Made by a program: the position numbers and the translations under genes
The notes under the pieces: generated by a model
Database searches by the model: none
Told to the model about the DNA's origin: nothing
The model's input: only the letters and a program-made list of their open reading frames with translations
From: Eledone cirrhosa
Taxonomy: Eukaryota
Direction: 5' to 3'
DNA length: 64,000 nucleotides
Assembly: GCA_964016885.1 (NCBI GenBank)
Contig: OZ024742.1
Coordinates: 234,174,001-234,238,000 of the forward strand
In this document: positions 25,601-37,600 of the stretch, piece by piece
How the letters are laid out: each line of letters starts with the position of its first letter
How positions within the stretch are numbered: position 1 is the first letter of the stretch

Positions 25601-28600
25601 GCTCTGTCCTTAGCCCCCTCCTATTTATTATTGCCCTTCAGGCTACAACAGAGGAGTTTAAGACTGGCTGCCCATGGGAAGTTCTATATGCAGATGATCT
25701 AACTCTCATAGCTGAATCGATGGCTGAACTAGAGAAGAAATTCCAAACATGGAAGCATGGCCTAGAATCAAAAGGCCTTAAAGTTAACTTGTCTAAGACT
25801 AAAGTTCTCGTATGTAGAAAGGAAAATAGGGCACAAGTGCCCCCTGGGAAATGGCCATGCTCAGTGTGTAGGAAAGGAGTAGGCAGAAATTCCATTTTAT
25901 GTCCCAAATGCAAACTATGGCTACATAAAAGATGTAGTGGGATCACAGGTAAGCTATCTAAGAATGTAGATTATATATGTGGCCGATGCTCAGGTGCAAT
26001 AAGTAGCAAGTGCCCACAGGATACTAGCTCCTTCTATTGCCCAGATGGTTCTATAGAAATAGTGGACACTTTCTGTTACCTGGGTGACAAAATCAGCAGT
26101 AGTGGAGAGTGCTCTGAAAGTACAGTTTCTCCCTAAAAATGAAAGGCAGACTGTATGATGCCTGTATACGAATAGCAATGTTACATGGCATTGAGACATG
26201 GGCATTGTGTGCAGAGGACCTGCGCAGACTGGAGAGAAACAAAGCATGTATGCTCCATTGGATGTGTAATAGTAATATACGCAAAAAGCAAAACATAAAT
26301 GAACTAAGTGAGAAATTAGGAATAAGAGGGATCAGATGCTGTTTACTTGAAAGAAGACTACATTGGATTGGTCACGTGATGCACATGAAAGACAACAGGT
26401 GTATAAAAAAGTGCATGGCGATCAAAATTGATGGAAGTTACGGAGTAGACCCAGAAAAACCTGGGATGATTTGATAAATTCTGACCTTACACACTTGCAC
26501 TTCTCTAAGACAATGTCACTGGACCGAGATCTTTGGCGCCACGCAGTAATACAGAAGACCCACCTTGCCTATGTACAAAGCGAAACCTACAGTCAGTAGG
26601 CACCTCTTAACCAAATATACACCCCCATCTCACTACTCCACTCCATTCCCCACTCCCACCAACACCACCCTTTCTCTGTAAAGTTATGTTGGTACTACAA
26701 CATCCAGTCCAAAATAAATGAGGTCGTGTAGGTGTCACGACAAAAAAACACAGACGATGCTGTAATGTGGACATGTAGGTAACACGGTAAAAACCTCCCA
26801 GTCCACACTGTAAATGTGGTTAGGAAGGGCATCCGGCCGTAGAAAACCTGGCAGACAGTCCTATACGAGCGAGACACGGTCACCCGACCAATCTTGCCTC
26901 AAGTGGGACAATTCCCGTCTAAACCCATGCTAGCGTGGAAAATAGACGTTAAACGATGATGATGATGATGAAGTTTTAATATTTTAATGTTTAAAATGTT
27001 TTAAGAGTTATTACCACTCCATTATGTAATGATTTTTTTTACCAAATTCCGACCATTTTGAAAGCCTTATTCATTCAAAACAAATCAAAAACAATTGCAA
27101 AAACGAATTTCAGACAAAACTGAAGCCAGTGTAATATTCACCTTCAAAGTGAAATCAGTTTAATATTCACTTCCAAAGCAAAAATATTTTAGCACTTCAT
27201 TTATGTAGAATTTTGAAGTTGGTGAAAATCAACAAAATATTGACCTTAAATATAAACTGACCCCCATTTAACCATTTATTTGTTATTTTTTTTATTTTTG
27301 TCACATATTTCTCGGCTTATAAGCAAGTATATACAGTAATTACATTCAGAATTTGTGTGTGTTTTTAAGTGAACATAGTCGGCATTGGTTCTTCAAAGGG
27401 ATCATGATATTGGATGGAGAAATTCAAACAAAATCTTTGTTTCGTATGGTGATGGATACCCAAGATTTCAGCAATAACAATAGTGTCATTAAATTCAATG
27501 ATAATAGTAGGTAAGTAGATAAATATTTCTCATTCGTTTTCTTGCCATTCTCACAATAATTTTTCTTCAAGGATTGGATACTTTTGAAAATTTCAATATT
27601 TTCATAAATCATTGCAGGAAATGTTTTACTGTAGGATGTTATTGATCTCAACCTGGCCAAGGATACCGAATACCCTAGTGTTGCAATGAAGTAGTGATGC
27701 TGCCATGATAAAAATACAATGCACCCTGTCCACTTTTAAAGGTTGTAGTGCTGGATTTATGATAACATTCTCTCAGTGCAGTCTGTAAAGTGGTTGGCAT
27801 TAGTAAGAGCATCCAGTCATAGAAATCAAACCAAAAATGGAATGTATTAACAAGACTTGGTCACCTGACCAGTCTAGCCTCTGGACATGAGAATCTGTCT
27901 AACATATACAAGCATAGAAAATAGATGTTAAACAATAATGATGACAAGAATGGATTTAGGTGGACTGAAATAACCAGTTATTAATGCACAACAACAAAGA
28001 TAGGTGGTTTTCTTTGTTACTGAGTGTGTCGAATTACAAGTAATCTTGATGAGTGGGGAAACATTGTGAGACACATCCAGGATATGTTTTTACTTTGTAC
28101 ACTGTTAAGATCAACATGTTGATGTTATGGGTATATTTACTTCATATTTATTGTCTCCATTCATCTTATACATCTGATATCTCAACATTAATGTTCAGCC
28201 ACATTACATTGTAGTTGATTTTGCCAACCTCTCATACTTTGTGTATCTTGAGAAGACAATGCAAATCACTCCAGTGTCTACTTCCTCAGAGAATCCTAGA
28301 GATAATTACACCATAGGATTAACTGCAAATGTTAGGATTAGTTCAATTGTTCTTTTAACTTTCTTTTTATATTCATGCAAGCAAAAAAAAAACGATGATG
28401 AAGGCGATAACCTCCTCCAAGTTATATCAACTTTTTTCAAATACTTATATCCTGTATTTTAGCCTTTAGCACACTAGAAATTTTTATGAATTGCTTCCCT
28501 TGACACTGCATTATGTATTAAGGGGAGATTACTCTATTGGCGACATAAGGCACCTAAAACGTGCTAAAGATTAAATTAGGTACATTACATCAAAGGTGAC

Positions 28601-31600
28601 TAAAAGGGTTAACATAGGGAAGGGCATCCAACTGTGAAACATTGTCTTAAATCATCCTATGCCAGCATGGAAAAGTGTACATAAAAATGTTGGTGAGGAG
28701 GAAGAAGAGGAGGACGAAAATGATTAAAAATTGAAATTTTTTAAAGAAATGTTTTTGTCAAACATCTTTTTATTAATCTCTCAACTCGTGTGAAAAAAAT
28801 TAAACCACATTAATGATAATGTTCTTTATCAAAGATGTAAAACATTTGTGTTAAAATATACTAATGGCTTGATATTTTGCCTTGAGAATTTTAAAACTTT
28901 ATTCTGCTGTAATCTGAGTAGAATTTGCCTGACATTCCCATTTTGAAAAATATTTATATGTGTATCCTGGTTTTTAGAATAGGTACACCATGTGTTGTAT
29001 GAGGTGACTATAAGGGTTAGAATGAGGAAGAATATACTGCTGTGAAATATTGTCTTAAACATCCCATCCAATCCATGCCACCATGGAAAAGTTGACGTAA
29101 AAATGAAGATGATAATGCCATATGTATACTGGTTTTTAGAATAGGTACACCATATTCCTGTGTCGGAAGAGGTAACTAAATCAGTTGGTGTCAGGAAGGG
29201 CATCCAACTTTAAAACATTGTCTGATACCATCCCATCAAACCCATGAAAAAGTAGATATAAAAATATTGCTGATGATAATGATGATTTAAAATTTTTGTG
29301 TTTATTGTTTTTATCTTTCTAACCACCTAATGATATCTTAATACATTAAGAGCTATAATGGAATATTGCTCCCACATCTGGGACAGTACTGCTGCTACTG
29401 CTACACATACAAACATCCTAAACCACATTTTCCAAAACACTATGTCACTGAGACACATGGAATCACTCTCCATTTCACTTCACTATCTCACCCTAATATA
29501 TGCTGCCTCTTCACCCTGCCTTTTCCAAGCTATTACAATGGCCTCTATTCCTTGGAGTTAACTGGTGGTATATCACTTCCTCCCCATCACCCAAATAGTG
29601 TCCTTCAAACACCACACTAACCACTTTTCAGTTCTTCCTTCTCAATACATTATCCATTTAGAATTCCCTGCTGGCCCTCGTTTATTATTTTGTCCAAAGT
29701 TCTTACATATATCTTCATATTTTGATTAAAACTAAATGTTAGAGAAAAGTTTGTTTTTTAAACATACGTATTCAGTTATTAATTAAATTTCGATTTAAAT
29801 GATTTGAAGGCCAAACAATGCATGTATAACATCTTTTTAAGATCTTATATTCACTGATGAAAGTCTTTTAGACTGAAAAATTTATGAATAAAACATTACA
29901 TTTAATTTTATGAGCATTGTTTGACCTTCCAATGATTTAAATGTATTATATCAACACACTTTCAAAAACTGCGTCGAAACTCAATAATATAAAAATTCCA
30001 ATTGTTTCAGTGCTATTGATGGCTTTGAAGTAAGTGTCCTGCTACCTGAAGAAAGTTCCAAAGCTAGTCCTTTTGTGGTAAAAGATAAACAAAAGAGACA
30101 TATTATTTTTACTGCAGAGACTCATAACTTCCCTACAGGTAACTATTAAAAGTTATAAGAAAATATATTTAAGTGAAGAGAAACAGTTAGTAGTGTGTGT
30201 ATGTGTCAACAGATGTCATAGATATCAACAACCTATACCATTGCTACCCAAATGACACAAGCCTGGACAACCCCAAAGGATTTCAACTTGTGAGGCTCAT
30301 TCCTGCAGGTAGTTAACTCAGCCCTAATATGGGGGGGGGGGGGGGGTCTAAGGACGCCAGAAGTTTCCAATGCTGTAGGTTCAACTGTTAATATATATTA
30401 ACCAAACAACTTGATGTTAAGGTACTGGACTATTGACCACATAAGTTATAATCTGTGATGTTTAAGATGTTAATATCTAACCATAGACGTATATAAATGT
30501 TAACATTTGTACCTTTTCTTATTTCAAATTCTGATGAATCTGTTTATTTGGATACTTAACACCAGACAGCCTGTAAGGATTTAACTGAAAATATCTAAAA
30601 ACTGGTTTGTTGATTCAAATGTTTATAGTATCTTTACTAGTAGACTGATCATTGTGAAAATGTGCAATATTAGAGAAGGACGGAGCTCAATTCTTCCTCT
30701 CTCTCTCTAACAAAGAAATTGGTTTTGTTCTGACCTACAGACCTTGTTTAAAATGTCTAAGAAACATTGTCACAGTGGTGCCCTTATGACTTCATCATGA
30801 GTTATGAATCCATACATACTAAATCATTACAGAATGTTAAGAGTTGATGTTAGATAAATAAATATTAAGACTTCATTTATGACATAAACATTGTTTATTA
30901 CTCAATTGTTATGTCTTGATAGGTGTTGCTCCTTTTCCTGGGGCTACCACAGGTACAGGTGGTAGAATTCGAGACGTTCACTGCACTGGACGAGGTGCAC
31001 ATGTTGTGGCAGGCACAGCTGGTTACAGTTTTGGTAATCTTAATATACCTGGTAAGGAAAGTATTAATTTCATTTGCTGTTGTTTTTTTCTTATTTTAGC
31101 ATTGTTACGTTAACCATTTAGCATTTAAACCAGCCGTATGCTCATCTTTTAATATTTTCTTGTTTCAATTTACTTTAAAATAATTACTTTATTTCACTAT
31201 TATACAACTCAATAACTGGCACATTCATAGCTCATTTCAAACATCCATTGTAGGTGAAATATTAAATATAAGGTAGTAAGGCAGTCAATCTTTCTTCTAC
31301 ATTCCGTACATAATTGTACCTGCAATCATCATATAAATTTGTTCTATATACATCTACCATATCTAGAGCCCAAGTTATTGTTGTTCAACCCCAGGTCAGC
31401 TGTGATCAAGTAGACCCATAATGAAAGGTATTGCAACCTTGACCATTACATCTTTCTATTTTGGCATACATAGTTTAGACAGTGTATCTTGGTCTACATA
31501 TTCTATAAGTACTTATTTTAGCATACATAGTATAGGCAGTGTATCTTGAACTACATATTCTATAAGTCCTTTTCTTTTTAAGATTGTGAGATGTAATTTA

Positions 31601-34600
31601 AAGAACATTTGACTGTAATTTCTAACAGGTCAAATGACTATGTAAAAACTCTCTCGTCTCATTGGAGTATAAGTTGTTTGTGTATGACTACTATAGATAT
31701 AACATTATTAACTATGGTCTTTATGTACAAGTTGAAAGAACTGTGCAATGTATTTTTGTACACTTCTTGTATAATTCTGAATTACTCACTACTTTTTTCT
31801 CAATATTGTGACCAAAGTAATTTTCCCGTTGCTAACTTTGAAGGTTCAGCTAATAACTAAATTGGGTTTTACCCTTGCATTCATGATACTGTATTGTTTT
31901 ACATAAGTCTGGACAGATGTTGTGAAAGTTGATTCCAAATCACTGAAGCTCACAGAGGAGATGGTGAAGGACTGCAACAAGTGGAGGGAATCAGTGCTAG
32001 AAATGACCCATCCAGCTCATGCAAACATGGAAAAGTGAACTTAAAACGCTGCTGCTGATGATGATTTAAACTTCTATAACTGATTTTGCAGTGATGACCA
32101 TCCATCAATGACATCCATTTGTTAAAGTTGTTGTCATTGTCTTTTATTTTCTGAGCCTGTTATATTTCCTATTTATTTTAGGTTATATTCAACCTTGGGA
32201 AGATGAAAACAAATTTGATGGTCCTGTAAAGTTTGCTTCTGCTTTGGATATTGCTGTAGAAGCAAGTAATGGTGCATCAGATTATGGCAACAAATTTGGA
32301 GAACCGGTTCTTGCAGGTTTTGCCCGTTCCTTTGGTCTTTGCCTGCCTAATGGAGAATGGAAAGAGTATATAAAACCAATAATGTTTAGCGCTGGTATTG
32401 GAATGCTGGAAGATATGCATATAAAAAAACAAGTTGCAGAAAAAGGTGGAAATGTTTTCTTATTTATGTTTTTCATGCCATTAACCCTTTAGCATTTAAA
32501 CCGGCCAGGGGGGGGGCTCAAATAAAGGGTCAATCTTGAAATGCCAGATTCCTCTTCTCCCCAAGGCATTCAATCATATCCAAACTCATGAATTTTATTA
32601 TCTATTAACTTTCTACGTTCTGAGTTCAAATCCTGATGGGATCAACTTTGCCTTTTATTCTTCTGAGATTGATAAAATAAAGTACCAGTTAAGTACTGGA
32701 GTCAATTGACTTTCTACTTCCCGAAATTGTTAGCCTTGTGCCAGTGTTAGAAGCAATTATTTATTAATTGACTATCAAAGGGAAGATATAGTTTTATTTC
32801 CAGTTGTTTATCTTTGAGTGAACATATTATTGTTAACTGTCCTCCAGATAGAGACATCTGTTGTTAACTGTCCTCCAGTTAGGAACCACCTGTTATTGTT
32901 AACTGTCCCCCAGATATGGGACATCTGTTATTGTTAATAGTCATCTAGATAGGGGAAATCTATTATTAACTGTCCTCCAGATCATAGACATCTGTTATTG
33001 TTAACTGTCCTCCAGATCATGGACATCTGTTATAGTTAACTGTCCTCCAGATCATGGGCATCTGTTATAGTTAACTGTCCTCCAGATCATGGACATCTGT
33101 TATTGTTAACTGTCCTCCAGATAGTGGACATCTGACCCTTTGATTCTATATACTCGACATTTGTTATCATCCACTAGGCCTTAGACCTTAAATAATATTA
33201 CACTGAACATCACAAATGAGAGGCTGTTAAATTTTAGAGTATTTTTAGTTAGTATTTTGTTAACAAAAATAAAATACCATAGAAAAGTGAACTTGTCTAA
33301 ATAATCTAACTGGACAAATTAACTCATTTGTGCCTGGGGTTCTTCACACTAGAGAGTATTCTCCTGCACTGGGCTTGTGTCATTGGTTGCTGATATTTGT
33401 GACATCTGTCAAAACACACAAATCCTAGCCTTAAGAAAATATAGTACCATAGTAATCTAACTTCACTGGCCAAAATTAATAGGAATGTTTTGTAATTTTT
33501 TCTTTGACATTTTTCATGCAGGGATGGAAGTAGTAAAAATTGGTGGCCCTATTTACCGTATTGGTGTTGGAGGTGGAGCTGCTTCTTCTGTTGAAGTTCA
33601 AGGTGATAACAAGTCTGATCTGGATTTTAATGCTGTTCAAAGAGGAGATGCTGAAATGGAACAAAAATTGAACCGATTAATACGTTCCTGTATAGAATTG
33701 CAGGATTGTAACCCAATACTCAGTATTCATGACCAGGGAGCTGGTGGAAATGGTAAGTAATACTGTGTTGATTTATAAATCAATTTGTAAGATAGCTTTT
33801 ATCTTAATTATTATTCTTTGGCTATTATTTATTTATTTTTTACAATTAGTTTTGTGTTAAATGATGGTGATAGTGAATTCTGTGTAAGTATTTGTAGGAT
33901 TCTTAAAATACTTCTTTTTTATTGTTAATATGGTTTAGAATAAGTTCACTGTATCCCTGCATGTTGTAAGAAGTGACTAAAAGGATTAGTGTTAGGAGGA
34001 GCATTCGGCTGTAAGACATTACCTCAAAAAGTCTTCTCCAACCCATGCTAGCATGGAGAAGTCAATGTAAAAACCATGATGATGATGATGATGTTATTTA
34101 ATTATAAATTATTTTGTTATGTAGAGGGTAATATTTTAAAATGAGATTATTCTTTATTTACTTAGGAAATGTATTGAAAGAATTAGTTGAACCAGCTGGT
34201 GCTGAGATCTTTGCTGATAACTTCACATTAGCTGACCCCACTATTAGTGCTTTGGAACTTTGGGGAGCTGAATACCAAGAATCCAATGCTTTGCTATTAA
34301 TGCCAAAGGACCATCAACTTCTGGAAAGGATAAGCCAGCGGGAACGATGTCCTGTCAGTTTTGTTGGCAATGTCACTGGAGATGGAAAGGTTTGGAAATA
34401 TATTTTACTTTATTCTATTATTGGTTGGTTGAGTATCACTTCTCATTAGTAATATGCATTTAATATTTCATCAGAAAGAACTTGTTTTACTCCATGATGT
34501 ATTACATATGCGGTTTAATTAAAATTAGGAACATTTTAATACCAAAGGAATGGTTGTCTTGTTAATACATTTGTTTTAAAATAGCAGATAAATCTTTCGC

Positions 34601-37600
34601 CTTTTACTAAAGATGGCCTTGTGCCAAAAGTAGAAACAATTATCATCATCATCATCATCACCATTTAACGTCCATGTTTTTGTTTTTACTTTCAGATCAA
34701 GTTAAATGGCTTTTCTAAAATTTCAGATGGTTGTTCAGATTGCAAAAAGTTCAAAGACATTTTACCAGTAAATCTAGATTTAAAACATGTTCTTGGTTCC
34801 ATGCCACAAAAGGTATTTTACAATCAGTTGTTTAATATATCTTTATTCTTGACCTCATTCATCTCTTATTAGTTTATCACCTTCTATCTTTTTCATTCTT
34901 TGTGTGAGTATTTTCGTTTTTATAAGAAAAACATTTGGCTCCTTGAATTTAGATGAGCAGTTACTTCATTTACCTTAACTAATTTACTACAGGATGGAAA
35001 TGCCTCTGACCTACTTCAGTACAATAAATGCACTTTCAGATAGTGCTTGAAAATACTTCTAAAATTTGTACCAAACAAAATATTTATACCAGTGGACACA
35101 GTGTTGGTATCTATTGAGGTTGTTATTTGATACCCTGTTAGTTAAGACTGCCTTTGGTCATGAATGACCATGGGATTTACACCTAGAAAGTTATCCTCCA
35201 AGCCACAAAGACCAGCAGTCACCCGTGCATACCAGTTTCCCTTCTCCACGCCATTGATGTTGTCCAAGGGAAAGGTAAATGTGATGCAGCTGGGTACCAA
35301 TGATGTCACAACTCATTTCTACAACTGAGTAAACTGGAGCTATGTGAAATAAATTGTCTTGCTCAATGACACAACAAATCATCCAGTCCAGAAATCGAAC
35401 TCACAACCTCACGATTGCAAGCCCTATCTACCTAGCTCTAACTACCTAGCCATGTGCCTTCACACCCTGTTAGTAGTAGTAGTAGTAGTTAGTTAGTTAG
35501 TAGTAGTATATTTAAAACTATTAGTAATGTTACAAATCTAATGACCCCTATTACTTGTATTTAAAGTCATATTTCTCTTTCCCATCATACCATAGCTTAT
35601 TTATTTTGTACCTCTATAATCACTACATTCTTGATTTTACCCAGTTTTTGGTTCGGCATGGTTAATTTTGTACATATTGCCGAGAATTTAATTGATGTAC
35701 ATATGTAGGTCTATAAATGAGAGAGAGAGAGAGGGGGGGGGGAGTGTATGTGTGTCTGATGACACACACATCGGCATTAACTTCCATTTTTTGTAAACAA
35801 CTAACCAAACTAATGGTTGAGTCAAATATTCAGTGAATAGACCTTCATTTTGAAGAAAGTCTCATAAAACTAGGGCAATGAATCTGACCTCCAAGGGTTG
35901 GGGTTAGAGTTAGGGAATCCCACGAAAGAAAACTCATTTTTTCTTAAAAGAAAACTCCATGGGAGGGTCTGCCCTCTCTTCTTCCATTTTCCAAGGAAAA
36001 AATCATTTGCAGTATAGTCAGAGATTAACTGATAGCTCACAAACAAACCGAGAAAAAATAATTGTTTCCAACAAAAATCGAGGGGTTGTTCTAAATATTT
36101 ACCGAATTTTCATCATAATTTATTTTTGTGAGTTTTCTATTTCAAATTTATTATTGTTGTTGATCTCTCAGAATTTGTTATGCCAATATTAGAATCACTA
36201 ATCACAATAAGTATTAAGAAAATTTATGAAGTTTTGAATAAAATTTCATTATTTTCTTTAATCCGGGCAACGCCAGGTACTTCTGCTAGTATATATATAT
36301 ACACACACACACACATTTACCCATACTTACACATATTTAAAATCAATACAGACACACACATAAACATATTAAATTTAAAATTAATGTATTATATTATGTT
36401 TCTCTTGTTTTATAGAATTTCAAACTTGATCACCTTCCATTGGACCTGAAACCATTATCACTTCCTGTTGAATTATCATTAAAAGAGGCCTTAGAGAGAG
36501 TTCTTCGACTTCCTGCTGTTGCAAGCAAAAGATATCTTACAAACAAGGTTTCATGACTCTGTTTTCTAGTCTAACTTTTTATTGCCAAACTATTGTTTAT
36601 GTATTATATTATATGATCTAAAATGGTAATTTAAATTGATGTTTCAATATATGAAATTTATATGGCAAGCACAATGGCACAGAGAGTTTTATTTTGATTT
36701 CTATTCGTTTCATTTCTCTTAATTGTTAATGTTCTTTGGAAAAGTATGAGCTTCAGTCGTATCTCCACTATAAACTTGGTGCCAGAGCTTTTAACATGGT
36801 TCCAATGATGGCCATGGCTAATCACTTGACCACAATTAATTATGATATTTGCAATGGGTGCAGGAGGATTGAATACATTTGCTACTGCAGTTGGAAGATG
36901 ATGATGATTATGATGATGATGATGATAAAAAAAATAAATGCTTCGTTGTGTGTGAATCTTTGTAAAACAACACTCATGGAACAAACTACCTGCATCATTT
37001 GTTATCTGTCGAGACACTTCATCCTTTAAAACCTCCATGCTTACTGATATTCCCCCTCCATATACACGCACACATGTATATCATGACTCATACACTGTTC
37101 ACTTTCCTGACATTTGCACATTATTCTTTGTACTATATATGCACCTTTGACAAGTTGTAGTGCACATGAGCACTGTACACAATAATTTTATTATTATTAT
37201 TATTTATAAAACTTCTTTATTTTGGAAATATTTTCCTGGTAAATTTTGATACAAGACTTCTTTTGATATGTTTTTAAAACTTGCTTTATTTTCTGCAGGT
37301 GGATCGATCAGTTACTGGTTTGGTGGCCCAACAGCAATGTGTAGGCTATTTGCATACACCCCTTTCTGATGTTGCAGTCACAGCCCTCTCTTATTTTGAT
37401 ACGGTAGTTAACTATATTTTTTTAATGTTCTTTTTGAAGTAAAGACTACATTTACATAAAAATATAAAAATAAAATCTTTGAGCAGAATTACTGAAAGTT
37501 GATGAGAGAGAATTGCAAGGATAGATGTAGTGAATTAGGTGTGAGAAGGAATATATAAATTAGGAGTACCTAAAGTTAGTAACCTATCTAACCTGTACCA

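Noticed and set aside
30330-30346. Poly-G run as a G-quadruplex element (also poly-C at about 39838-39856)
   Set aside because: Simple homopolymers with no supporting context, and prone to sequencing length error.
32826-33134. CRISPR-like appearance (constant repeat plus variable part)
   Set aside because: The variable parts are only 6-9 nt and related to each other. The array is in a eukaryotic intron with no cas genes, so it is a minisatellite.
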